This document shows positions 18,594 to 27,815 of a stretch of DNA of 64,000 nt, one piece after another. Position 1 is the stretch's first letter; the number at the start of each line of letters is the position of its first letter. Origin of the DNA: Candidatus Bathyarchaeia archaeon. GTDB taxonomy: Archaea > Thermoproteota > Bathyarchaeia > Bathyarchaeales > Bathycorpusculaceae. The position numbers were made by a program, and so were the translations under genes. The notes under the pieces were generated by a model that did no database searches, was not told where the DNA came from, and saw only the letters and a program-made list of their open reading frames with translations. The DNA is taken from NCBI GenBank assembly GCA_038883655.1, contig JAVZLQ010000004.1, forward strand, positions 168,468 to 232,467, given 5' to 3'.

Positions 18594-19766
18594 TTGAAAG
18601 GCAAACCCCTAGTTTCAATTGTTTCTGCTGGACTGTCAAAATTTGGAAAACGCGAAGGCTTATACGCTCGGGAACTCTTCGCAGAAGCAGCAAAAGAAGC
18701 TTTTGAACGCTGCCCAAACCTAGACCCAAAAAAGGATATTCAAGCATTGTTTGTCGGGCATATGGGCGAATCCTACGAACATCAAGGGCACACGGGCGCA
18801 ACAGCTGCGGACTGGTCTGGACTACTACATATACCAGCAACAAGAACTGAAGCCGCGTGCGCCTCTTCTGGAGCAGCATTAAGAGCAGCAATATACGCTG
18901 TACTTTCTGGTTTGTGCGACGTTGTTATGGTTGGAGGTGTTGAAAAAATGACTCATCGTACAACGCCTGAAGTTACGGAATATTTGGCTATGGCTTCCGA
19001 TTTTCCCTTCGAGCAGTGGCATGGCATCACTTTTCCAGGCTTGTTCGCGTTGATGGCTACGGCGCACATGCACAAGTATGGTACAACAGAAAAGCAGATG
19101 GCTATGGTAGCCGTAAAAAACCATTATCATGGAAGCCTAAACCAGAAAGCGCACATGCAGAAGGAAATAACCCTTGAAACCGCCTTATCTTCACGCGTTA
19201 TTGCTTGGCCCTTAAAACTCTACGACTGCTCCTTAATCACTGATGGAGCAAGCTGCCTAATACTAACAAAACCGGAACTTGCCAAAAAATACACTGACAC
19301 GCCGGTTCATATAATCGGAAGCGGACAGGCAAGCGACACAATAGGCATGTATGAAAGGGGAGAATTCACGTCGCTTAGAGCAGCCAAACTAGCAGCAAAA
19401 CAAGCCTACGAAATGGCTGATTTGGGACCAGAAGACATAGACTTGGCTGAAGTCCACGACTGCTTCACAATAGCCGAAATAATAGCCTACGAAGACCTGG
19501 GCTTCTGCAAGCCAGGCGAAGGCGGCGCCCTAGCTGAAAGTGGAGAAACCAAGCTCGGTGGAAGGATTCCAGTGAACACAAGCGGCGGATTAAAAGCGAA
19601 AGGGCATCCGGTAGGCGCAACTGGAACGGCTCAGGCTTACGAGATTTATTTGCAGTTGACTGGCCAAGCGGAGAAGAGGCAAGTTAAAGATGCGGAGATT
19701 GGGCTAACGCACAATGTTGGCGGTTCAGGCGCCACAGCGGCGGTTCACATTTATAGGAGGGAATAG
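18594..19766 (+). CDS. Acetyl-CoA C-acetyltransferase (archaeal thiolase)
   Basis: EAACASSG (catalytic Cys), EVHDCF, KGHPVGATG, HNVGGSG. Confidence 0.93.
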   Translation: MKGKPLVSIVSAGLSKFGKREGLYARELFAEAAKEAFERCPNLDPKKDIQALFVGHMGESYEHQGHTGATAADWSGLLHIPATRTEAACASSGAALRAAIYAVLSGLCDVVMVGGVEKMTHRTTPEVTEYLAMASDFPFEQWHGITFPGLFALMATAHMHKYGTTEKQMAMVAVKNHYHGSLNQKAHMQKEITLETALSSRVIAWPLKLYDCSLITDGASCLILTKPELAKKYTDTPVHIIGSGQASDTIGMYERGEFTSLRAAKLAAKQAYEMADLGPEDIDLAEVHDCFTIAEIIAYEDLGFCKPGEGGALAESGETKLGGRIPVNTSGGLKAKGHPVGATGTAQAYEIYLQLTGQAEKRQVKDAEIGLTHNVGGSGATAAVHIYRRE

Positions 19767-19770
19767 CAAA

Positions 19771-20175
19771 ATGAGCGAGCAAAATGCACAGTTCACAATC
19801 GAACAGTTTTATAAGTATGTTTTACAAGGAAGGCTTATGGGCGGCAAATGTAGGCAATGCGGAAAAATTCATCTGCCGCCAAGACCTCTATGCGATAAAT
19901 GTTACTCAAAAGATTTTGAATGGGTTGAACTGCCGCAGAAAGGCAAACTACTAACATACACGGTAATCTACGTGGCACCAACGCAATTTCAGGGAATGGC
20001 GCCATACGCTGTTGGCATAGTTGAACTTGAAAATGGCGTGAAAATTCCGGGAATGATTAGAGGAATCGCTATAGAACAGATAAAAATAGGAATGCCATTA
20101 GCAATAGACTTCGGCACATGCGCAGCAACACAAGAATGGCCCCAATGGCCCAGATACTACTTTAAACCGGCCTAA
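19771..20175 (+). CDS. DUF35 Zn-ribbon/OB-fold protein
   Basis: ATG at 19771. CRQC...PPRPLCDKC plus an OB fold. Confidence 0.9.
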   Translation: MSEQNAQFTIEQFYKYVLQGRLMGGKCRQCGKIHLPPRPLCDKCYSKDFEWVELPQKGKLLTYTVIYVAPTQFQGMAPYAVGIVELENGVKIPGMIRGIAIEQIKIGMPLAIDFGTCAATQEWPQWPRYYFKPA

Positions 20176-20873
20176 TTTTCGCTTTGTTCTTCCATTTTTT
20201 TGTTTATGTATCCTATTAGCGTGGGCAAGTCTGTTATTGAGGTTATCATGTAGTTCGCTCCAGAGCTTATCAGTTCTTTTGGGCTTGAAACGCCTGTTGT
20301 TATGCCCACGGCTATGGCGCCCAAATCTCTTGCACATTTCATGTCATTCGCGCTGTCGCCGACAACGACGGTTTCTTGAGGCTTAACGTCTAAAGCTTTT
20401 AACGTGGCTTCGAGGTGCTCTGTGTTTGGCTTAACATTTTTCACCTTATTTCTCGGAGTTAATGCATCGAAAAATTCGCTTATTCTAAACCTTTTTAGTA
20501 TAAATTCTGCAGATTTTTCGCTGTTTATTGTGCATAACCCAAGTTTCAAGCCCATCTCCTTTAGCGCTTTCAATGTTTCCTTTACCCCTGGAAATGGGCT
20601 TGTGTATTTGGCGGCTTCCAACTCATACTTTTCCGCTATTTCTAGTGCTTCACTGCAGATTTTTGCAATTGCTTCTTCGTTCTGTCCATTGTTTTTCATG
20701 AAAATTTCAGTTTTCTTCAGCATTTCGAATATGCTTTCATTTGTGGAAAGCGTGGATGCTGGCATTCCCGCTCTGATAAGTAGGCTTCGAACATCTGCTC
20801 TAACCGCTCTATAGTCTATGTTAAATTTTGCGATTGTTCCGTCCAGGTCGAAGATAACAGCCTTAACTTTCAT
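20172..20873 (-). CDS. HAD-family hydrolase (phosphoglycolate phosphatase-like)
   Basis: FDLDGT, KP, VGDS.ND. Confidence 0.9.
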   Translation of the reverse strand: MKVKAVIFDLDGTIAKFNIDYRAVRADVRSLLIRAGMPASTLSTNESIFEMLKKTEIFMKNNGQNEEAIAKICSEALEIAEKYELEAAKYTSPFPGVKETLKALKEMGLKLGLCTINSEKSAEFILKRFRISEFFDALTPRNKVKNVKPNTEHLEATLKALDVKPQETVVVGDSANDMKCARDLGAIAVGITTGVSSPKELISSGANYMITSITDLPTLIGYINKKMEEQSEN

Positions 20874-20996
20874 GTTTAATTCTCGCTTTTGCTTTCGAAC
20901 TTGAAGGCATTAATCACGTTTCTAGCGAAATATACTTTACGGTTAAAGGGGCAAACCGCATATTTAACTAACATGCAAATAATATATCGATGAACC

Positions 20997-21221
20997 ATGG
21001 GCCTAGAAGAATATGCAAAAGAAAAATTATGGCTGATACTTGTGGAAACTGTTCACGCGCTGGTTTTGTACCCAAACCACAAGGCTTACACAAGGGAGGT
21101 CATACTTCATGAAAAACCAGACATAACACCACAAGAGCTAGCAGCAAGATTGGGCATACCACTTGGCGAAGCCCTTGTAATTCTCTATGAATTGGCTAAC
21201 GAGAAAAAGTCAACTGTTTGA
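20997..21221 (+). CDS. Small hypothetical protein with a C-terminal HTH-like segment
   Basis: ITPQELAARLGIPLGEA; upstream TATA-like TTTAACTA. Confidence 0.65.
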   Translation: MGLEEYAKEKLWLILVETVHALVLYPNHKAYTREVILHEKPDITPQELAARLGIPLGEALVILYELANEKKSTV

Positions 21222-21223
21222 TT

Positions 21224-22063
21224 TTATGGTTTAGTGACCATTCTCACGGTTGCCAAGATTAGGATTGCGCCCAAAAGCACTTTTAGTAAATCCTTTTCCA
21301 CAACTGCTGCTTGTGATGCCCCAACAAAGGCGCCGATTATGGAGCCTATGCTCATTATAATTGCTATTATGGTTGCGTTTCTGTTGGCGTGTCCCATCAT
21401 GCGGTGTTTTATGAAGCCGGTGGCAACTGTAGGTATGGAAACGAGAAGGCTTGCTGTTCCAGCAACCTTTACGTCAAAGCCGAAAACGTAAATTAATGCT
21501 GGAATTCGGAACTCGCCTCCCGCGACACCGAACATTCCAGAAATTACGCCTATAACTACGCCAACAAGCACCGCCAAAAAAGTTTCTTCCGTAAAGCCTA
21601 AAGTGAACTCGAAAAGTGGTGGGGTGTGAATAAATGGTTCAAGTCCAATTTTTAATCCGATTATGACTAAGAAAGCAGCCAAAACTTTTTTCAAAAATCC
21701 TTCCTTAACCCTTCCAGTTAAAGCTGCGCCAAGATAACTTCCGATGATAGACGCAAAGGACATTATTAAGGCTACATTAATGGCTTGCGCATCCAAAAGT
21801 CCCAGCTGAAAACGTATAATGAATGAAACTATGACTGTTAGGAGACCTACAAAGAGATTTACGGCAACTGCCGCTATTACTGGAAGCCCAATCACGTAAA
21901 GCAGTATGGGAATGCGAAATTCTCCCCCACCAACGCCTATTAAACCTGCCGCTATTCCCATTAGAAAGCTAAAAAACAGCGCTGCAAATGCTTTAGCTGT
22001 TGAAACTTGTCTTTGGGTGATTTTAGGTCCTCCTCTCGCAATACGATGTGTTTGCTTAATCAT
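21224..22063 (-). CDS. TauE/SafE (TSUP) family transporter
   Basis: Internal repeat GLIGVGGGEF / GMFGVAGGEF; about 8 TM helices. Confidence 0.9.
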   Translation of the reverse strand: MIKQTHRIARGGPKITQRQVSTAKAFAALFFSFLMGIAAGLIGVGGGEFRIPILLYVIGLPVIAAVAVNLFVGLLTVIVSFIIRFQLGLLDAQAINVALIMSFASIIGSYLGAALTGRVKEGFLKKVLAAFLVIIGLKIGLEPFIHTPPLFEFTLGFTEETFLAVLVGVVIGVISGMFGVAGGEFRIPALIYVFGFDVKVAGTASLLVSIPTVATGFIKHRMMGHANRNATIIAIIMSIGSIIGAFVGASQAAVVEKDLLKVLLGAILILATVRMVTKP

Positions 22064-22106
22064 GTCGATTTAGACTTATAAGTCTAATACCACAAACAAG
22101 AATTAC

Positions 22107-22436
22107 ATGACAAGAAAGAGTAAATTCCAATACAAAATATGGATAGAATATGAAGGAAAACCAGTTTTGGGCAAAGGTGGAGCTCAAATCCTAGAACAGG
22201 TAGAAAAGGAACAATCAATTTCACGAGCTGCTAAGAAACTTGGCATGTCCTACCGTTATGTTTGGAGTTACCTAAAAAAGATTGAGAAGGTATTGGGCGA
22301 GCCAGTCATAGAAACTTATAGAGGCGGCAAATCTGGTGGGGGAGGCGCAAAACTAACAAAGCAAGGCAAAAAACTGCTTGAGGATTATAAACTCGCTGAG
22401 GATTATTTGGCTGAAGTTCTCGCAAGAAAATTTTAA
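22107..22436 (+). CDS. ModE N-terminal-type winged-helix regulator
   Basis: LGKG...LE....SISRAAKKLGMSYRYVW...RGGKSGGGAKLT. Confidence 0.9.
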   Translation: MTRKSKFQYKIWIEYEGKPVLGKGGAQILEQVEKEQSISRAAKKLGMSYRYVWSYLKKIEKVLGEPVIETYRGGKSGGGGAKLTKQGKKLLEDYKLAEDYLAEVLARKF

Positions 22437-22466
22437 TGGAGAAATTATGTTAAACATGTTTGGCTG

Positions 22467-22760
22467 TTGGTTAAGCAAACGCTGGGCAGAGAATTTGATG
22501 AAGCAAAAGAACATACAGAATGGCATCTTAAGGGTTTTCCAGAGTTTTGTTTAGTTGCTGAAGAGAAAAACATGATTGTAGGCTTCATAATTTCGCATCT
22601 TCATGAAAATGCTCTTGAAATAGAGGAGCTTTATGCAGTGAAAGGATACGAGAACGTTTTCGGGTCTCTCATAAATGAAGTTTTGCGTAGGGTTCCAAAA
22701 GTGGACAACGTGACAATGGAGATTGATGTATTTCAAGCACTTATTAAGCAACTGAAATAA
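22467..22760 (+). CDS. Short GNAT-like protein, possibly truncated
   Basis: CLVAEE...IVGFI.......LEIEELYAV; lacks a clear R/QxxGxG motif. Confidence 0.5.
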   Translation: MVKQTLGREFDEAKEHTEWHLKGFPEFCLVAEEKNMIVGFIISHLHENALEIEELYAVKGYENVFGSLINEVLRRVPKVDNVTMEIDVFQALIKQLK

Positions 22761-22761
22761 T

Positions 22762-23313
22762 CTATTCCACTACGTATCTGTAGGCTATGTGTTCTCCTGC
22801 TGTCGGGCTTTTTCTTATTATGCGCAATATGTCGCCTGGTTTGGCGCCTATGGCTTTTACGGCTGGGTCTGAAGCCTTTATTTGTGGAAGTTGGTAAGGC
22901 TTAACCTTGTACTGCGCAAGAAGCTGTTCCCTTTCCTCTTCTGTTAGGATTTCGTGTTTTGGAACAAGTTTGTGCTCGAAAATGTCGAATGCTGGGAAAG
23001 TTTTTGGCAAGAGTTCAATTTTCTTCTTTTTTGCGCCTTGTTTGACGGCATGCGTGTACCTTCCGCCAGTGATTACTATTCCTTTTTCAATGCCTTCTTC
23101 CTTCATCACTTTCTGCATGCGGTTTATTGATGTTATTCCAACAGCGCTGTCTTCTGGTATGCACCATACTAGGGCTTTTTCCTTCTCCTTTGGAATTTCA
23201 ACGAGAAAGCCAACAGCATCCTCATATTTTTCCCTTTTAATGAGCTTGTAACCCCTAAGTTTTATGAGCATCTTTGCCTTTCTTTCCTCTAAACTTTCTT
23301 CTTCCAAACTCAA
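22762..23313 (-). CDS. rpoH: RNA polymerase subunit RpoH/Rpo5 with an N-terminal Rpb5-like extension
   Basis: C-terminal [10 protein letters not shown]...LPQIKASDP...[26 protein letters not shown], plus about 105 extra N-terminal residues. Confidence 0.92.
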   Translation of the reverse strand: MSLEEESLEERKAKMLIKLRGYKLIKREKYEDAVGFLVEIPKEKEKALVWCIPEDSAVGITSINRMQKVMKEEGIEKGIVITGGRYTHAVKQGAKKKKIELLPKTFPAFDIFEHKLVPKHEILTEEEREQLLAQYKVKPYQLPQIKASDPAVKAIGAKPGDILRIIRKSPTAGEHIAYRYVVE

Positions 23314-23380
23314 ACCTAAAACCCCTTTTATGAGGGCAATCGAAACCTTAACAAGCCATTAAACCTTTAAACTTTGCGCT

Positions 23381-24058
23381 TCAAATGCGCAGCACAACAT
23401 TATCAACATACTTTTTCATGATCTCCGCAAACTCGGCGATTGTTGTTGGTGCGTAGGGCTTGACCACCCTAAAGTTTTCGTCAAAAGCGTTGTCTGGAAT
23501 AAACTGTTGGAAGGCAAATGTTCTTGCACCTTTAATAATTTCGCCTATTTTCTGTACATCTTCAGCGTCAACAAATCCTGGAACAACGGTTGCCCTAAAC
23601 TCGTATTCAACTTTTCCAGCTTTCAAAATCTCTATCGTGCGGAGTAGGTTCTCCACGCTTTTTGCTCCCAGCTTCGGATACTTTTCCAGTGATGTTTTCA
23701 CGTCTAGGGCAACATAATCTGCATAGGCGAGGCACTGTTCAAGCACTTGTGGATAAAACCCGTTAGTGTCAAGCTTGACCATGAAGCCTCTATCCTTGAG
23801 TTTCTTCAGGAATCGCGGCATCTCCTTGTGCATTGTTGGCTCTCCACCAGTCACAACAACAGCGTCAACAAATTTCTTGCGGCTTTCCAGAATTTGAAGC
23901 GCAGCTTCTTCTTGCAGAAATGGTGGTTTTGGATCTACGACTATGCGCCAGTTGTGGCAGTACGGACAGCGCAAGTTGCAGCCCGGCGTAAAAAGCACTG
24001 TTGCAACTTTTTCTGGGAAGTCTATGAGGCTTGTCTTTTGGATTCCGCTGAACTTCAT
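23381..24058 (-). CDS. nrdG: Anaerobic ribonucleotide reductase activase (radical SAM)
   Basis: SLIDFP, GCNLRCPYCHN, TGGEPT, KLDTNG; adjacent to nrdD. Confidence 0.93.
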   Translation of the reverse strand: MKFSGIQKTSLIDFPEKVATVLFTPGCNLRCPYCHNWRIVVDPKPPFLQEEAALQILESRKKFVDAVVVTGGEPTMHKEMPRFLKKLKDRGFMVKLDTNGFYPQVLEQCLAYADYVALDVKTSLEKYPKLGAKSVENLLRTIEILKAGKVEYEFRATVVPGFVDAEDVQKIGEIIKGARTFAFQQFIPDNAFDENFRVVKPYAPTTIAEFAEIMKKYVDNVVLRI

Positions 24059-24072
24059 CTGGCTTTTCCCTT

Positions 24073-26196
24073 TTACGCTGGAATCGCTGGGGCAGCCACG
24101 ACAACAGATTTGTCAAAAGTTCTGCGTATGGTGAACTCCGCCTGTTTTCCATCGTTCCACTGGTCTACTGGGCGCAAATAACCGACCACACGCGAGTAAA
24201 CTTCACACTTTGCTCCACAGATTGGGCATTGCTTATGTTCACCACTTGTGTAGCCGTGTGTCGGGCATATGCTGAAAGTCGGCGTCAAAGTGAAGTATGG
24301 TAGACGCGTGTTCCATGTCACCCTGCGGATTAATTCAGCAGCGGACCTCCATGAATAAAGCCTCTCGCCCAAGTATATGTGGAAAACCGTTCCACCAGTA
24401 TAAAGCGTCTGCAACCTTTCTTGATGTTCCAAAGCCTCAAACAGGTCACCTTCAAAGTCTACCGGCAACTGCGAAGAGTTCGTATAAAATGGCTCAGCGC
24501 CCTTAGAGAGATACCGCTCATTCGCCACAATTATGTCTGGATATTTCCTCTTATCTATACGTGCAAGCCTGTAGCTCGTGCCTTCTGCCGGTGTTGCCTC
24601 CAAATTGTAAATGTTTCCCGTTTCTTCTTGGAAATCTGCAAGCTTTTCTCGCATAAAGTTGAGCACCTTAACTGCGAATTCCAAGCCTTCTGAGGATGCT
24701 ATGCTGAAACCGAAAAGGTTCATTATCGCCTCGTTCATGCCTACAAGCCCAATTGTCGAGAAGTGGTTTTTCCAGTATTTGCCGAAAGTTTCTTTAACAT
24801 TGCGCAGATAACGCCTAGAATATGGGTATAAGCCGTTTTCCGTGAAGTTTTCTAAGGCTTTCCGCTTTATTTCTAGGCTGTTCTTTGCTATTTCCATAAG
24901 CGCTTCCAAACGCTCAAAGAACTCATCCTCATTCTTCGCCAGATAACCAATCCGGGGCATGTTAAGCGTAACAACACCTATCGAACCTGTTAACGGGTTT
25001 GCACCGAAGAACCCGCCGCCTCTCTTGCGGAGTTCGCGGTTGTCTATTCTTAGGCGGCAGCACATGCTTCTGACGTCTTCTGGTTTCATGTCAGTGTTTA
25101 TGAAGTTTGAGAAGTATGGCACGCCGTATTTTGCGGTTACCTCAAAGATTTTCTGTGATATAGGCGATTCCCAATCAAAATCCTTGGTTATGTTGTATGT
25201 TGGTATTGGAAATGTGAAAACTCTGCCCTTCGCGTCGCCTTGACTCATAACTTCCGCAAAAGCTTCGTTGAAAATTTGCATTTCTTCTTCCATTTCGCCG
25301 TAGGTTTTCTCAATAACTTGTCCGCCGACAATCACGGGCTCATCCTTCATAAACTCTGGAACACTCAAATCCAAAGTAACATTTGTGAAGGGTGTCTGGA
25401 AACCAACTCGCGTCGGCACGTTCATGTTGAAGAAGAATTCTTGAAGCGCCTGTTCAACTTCTCTCTGACTTAGCTTATCATAATGTATGAATGGAGCCAA
25501 GTACGTGTCAAAGTTGCTAAAGGCTTGTGCTCCCGCTGCTTCGCCTTGAAGCGTGTAGAAGAAGTTTACTATTTGTCCTAGTGCTGTTCTGAAATGCTTT
25601 GCCGGTTTGCTTTCAATTTTTCCAGTAACTCCTCCGAAGCCTGAAAGAAGCAAATCCTTGATGTCCCATCCCACACAGTATGGTCCTAAAACGCCTAAGT
25701 CGTGGATATGCATGTCTCCAGAAAAGTGTGCATTCGCGATTTCTGGCGGGTAAATTCTTGTAATCCAGTATTTTGCTATAACTGTGGATGAGAGATAATT
25801 ATTTAAACCCTGCAGCGAGTAACTCATGTTTGAGTTTTCTTTTACCCGCCAGTCCTCGATTTCCAGATATTGGTCTACGAGGTCTGCTGAGCTTAGGAGA
25901 GCTGCTAACTCCCTTATGTCTTGGTGTTGTTTGCGGTAGAGTATGTAGGCTTTGGCTGTGCGTGCATGTCCATTTTCAATCAGCACTTTCTCGACTATGT
26001 CTTGGATTTCCTCAACTGTTGGAACTCCTTCCTCCCCGAACCGCTGCTTAAGTATTTCAACAACCTTGTCGCTTAATTTCTTGGCTAGTTCACGGTCTTT
26101 TCCGCCAACAGCCTTGGCGGCTTTCCAAATGGCGTTTGTTATCCGCTCTTGGTCAAACGCCTCTAACTTACCATCACGCTTCCTAACAAACTTCAT
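24073..26196 (-). CDS. nrdD: Class III ribonucleoside-triphosphate reductase with ATP cone
   Basis: VRKRDG ATP cone, HIHDL, SMCCRL, EATPAE, C-terminal Zn site, glycyl-radical YSRVVGYLRP. Confidence 0.96.
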   Translation of the reverse strand: MKFVRKRDGKLEAFDQERITNAIWKAAKAVGGKDRELAKKLSDKVVEILKQRFGEEGVPTVEEIQDIVEKVLIENGHARTAKAYILYRKQHQDIRELAALLSSADLVDQYLEIEDWRVKENSNMSYSLQGLNNYLSSTVIAKYWITRIYPPEIANAHFSGDMHIHDLGVLGPYCVGWDIKDLLLSGFGGVTGKIESKPAKHFRTALGQIVNFFYTLQGEAAGAQAFSNFDTYLAPFIHYDKLSQREVEQALQEFFFNMNVPTRVGFQTPFTNVTLDLSVPEFMKDEPVIVGGQVIEKTYGEMEEEMQIFNEAFAEVMSQGDAKGRVFTFPIPTYNITKDFDWESPISQKIFEVTAKYGVPYFSNFINTDMKPEDVRSMCCRLRIDNRELRKRGGGFFGANPLTGSIGVVTLNMPRIGYLAKNEDEFFERLEALMEIAKNSLEIKRKALENFTENGLYPYSRRYLRNVKETFGKYWKNHFSTIGLVGMNEAIMNLFGFSIASSEGLEFAVKVLNFMREKLADFQEETGNIYNLEATPAEGTSYRLARIDKRKYPDIIVANERYLSKGAEPFYTNSSQLPVDFEGDLFEALEHQERLQTLYTGGTVFHIYLGERLYSWRSAAELIRRVTWNTRLPYFTLTPTFSICPTHGYTSGEHKQCPICGAKCEVYSRVVGYLRPVDQWNDGKQAEFTIRRTFDKSVVVAAPAIPA

Positions 26197-26639
26197 TTTT
26201 TCACCTCTAAAAGCACCTTGTGAAAATCTTCCGGCTCTTCAAATCGCCTATAAACCGAGGCGAACCTGATGTACGCGACACGGTCAAGATTCTTCAAGTA
26301 CTTCATGACCAAGTCGCCAATCTCTTGCGAGCTAACTTCTTCCTTTCCAAGTCTCGCCAAATCTTGCCTTACACGTTCTGCTAACTCGTGAATCTGCTCA
26401 ATCGTTACTGGTCTTTTTTCGCATGCTTTCTGGAGACCGCGGACAATCTTATTTAGGTCGAACCTTTCGAGTCTTCCATCCTTCTTCTTAACCATAAGCT
26501 CGATTGTCTCCACATATTCGTAGGTTGTGAAGCGTTTTCCGCAGTCTGCACATTCCTTGCGTCTTCTGACAGTGTTGTCTGGCGAGTCCCTTGTCTCAAG
26601 GGTTTTGAGGTTCTCGGAGCCGCAGTATGGGCATTTCAT
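26193..26639 (-). CDS. nrdR: NrdR transcriptional repressor
   Basis: MKCPYC...RRRKECADCGKRFTTYE plus ATP cone and LDRVAYIRFASVYR. Confidence 0.96.
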   Translation of the reverse strand: MKCPYCGSENLKTLETRDSPDNTVRRRKECADCGKRFTTYEYVETIELMVKKKDGRLERFDLNKIVRGLQKACEKRPVTIEQIHELAERVRQDLARLGKEEVSSQEIGDLVMKYLKNLDRVAYIRFASVYRRFEEPEDFHKVLLEVKK

Positions 26640-26679
26640 TTTTTCACCTACAAATTTAGTGCTTTTATAACCAAAGTAG

Positions 26680-26695
26680 ACGCTAAATGTAGGGT
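26680..26695. promoter_or_regulatory. NrdR box (a weaker second box lies at 26647-26662)
   Basis: acgCTAaATgTAGggt fits the acaCwAtATaTwGtgt core. It lies just downstream of a minus-strand TATA TTTAAATA (26701-26708). Confidence 0.7.
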
Positions 26696-26910
26696 TTTGT
26701 TATTTAAACTCTTTCCACAACAACTTTGAAATGACTGTACAGAACATTCTGAGAACCAACATGTTTGTATACATAATCACATAAAACAAAAAACCCGAAA
26801 ACAAGCTTTTTTGGAAAAAGCGTTCAATTTCAAGAAAATCAGTTGAAGCTTAAAATTTTCCATTTAAAGTAAAGGTTTATTACACATTCCAGCCTTGTGC
26901 AATAGAGAAA

Positions 26911-27813
26911 ATGAAAAGAATCAAAGTCAGAAACTTTGAAGAGAAAGATTTACCAACAGTCGTTGATTTGCTTAATCATGCCTATCAAGGAGCTTATGAG
27001 TTCACTCCTTACAGCGAAAACGACGTTTGCTCTTGGCTTCGGCGTGGAAATGTCAAAATTTTTGTCGCAGAGGTAGAAGGCGAAATTTTGGGTGTTGCCT
27101 CATATAGAGAGGGACATTGGGGCGAAGAGATTGAGTGGCTCGCTGCAAGGGACATTGAGAATAAAAGGGCTATTGAAGATGCGTTAGTGAAAGCAATTGA
27201 AAAGCAGGTTAAAGACTCTGCCGTTTTTACCGCGGTTGATGCTGAAAGCCCAAAAATCGCCGAATGGATTGAACGGGGATATAAGGCTGAAGGCGGATTA
27301 TACCATATGATTGCCAAGCTTGATGGGTTAAAGCCAATTCCAAAGGTTCCAGAGGGCATCATCCTTCGAAGCCTAAAACCAGAAGAAGAAAACGCGTTTG
27401 TCGAGGCTGTTAATGCGGGTTTCGGTTGGGAAAGGATCAGTGTGGGCGCAATCCAGCGTTGGAAAGATGAGCATCCACCCTTCAGCGAGGAGTGGATACA
27501 TGTTGCTGATGATGGTGGCAAGATTGTTTCCGTGGTTGTTTCGCGTCCAGACACGGAATACAACGAATATTATGGGGGAAAGAGGGGCTACATGGGTCCA
27601 GCGGCAACCATCCCACAATACCGCGGGAAAGGACTTGCATCTGCATTGACTTGCCGTGCAATGAACTTTCTCTACATGTTTGGACATGATTCCGTTGCAT
27701 TATATACTGCTGAACAAAACATTCCATCGGTAGCTCTCCTGCGAAAACTCGGCTTCCAAGTTGCACATAATTGGAAATTTATGCGCAAAAACATACGGCG
27801 GGAGCCCAAATAG
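26911..27813 (+). CDS. Tandem GNAT acetyltransferase
   Basis: PQYRGKGLA and N..SVALLRKLGF; two GNAT repeats. Confidence 0.85.
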   Translation: MKRIKVRNFEEKDLPTVVDLLNHAYQGAYEFTPYSENDVCSWLRRGNVKIFVAEVEGEILGVASYREGHWGEEIEWLAARDIENKRAIEDALVKAIEKQVKDSAVFTAVDAESPKIAEWIERGYKAEGGLYHMIAKLDGLKPIPKVPEGIILRSLKPEEENAFVEAVNAGFGWERISVGAIQRWKDEHPPFSEEWIHVADDGGKIVSVVVSRPDTEYNEYYGGKRGYMGPAATIPQYRGKGLASALTCRAMNFLYMFGHDSVALYTAEQNIPSVALLRKLGFQVAHNWKFMRKNIRREPK

Positions 27814-27815
27814 TA

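Noticed and set aside
22434-22436. Selenocysteine or pyrrolysine readthrough
   Set aside because: The stop codon is TAA, not TGA or TAG.
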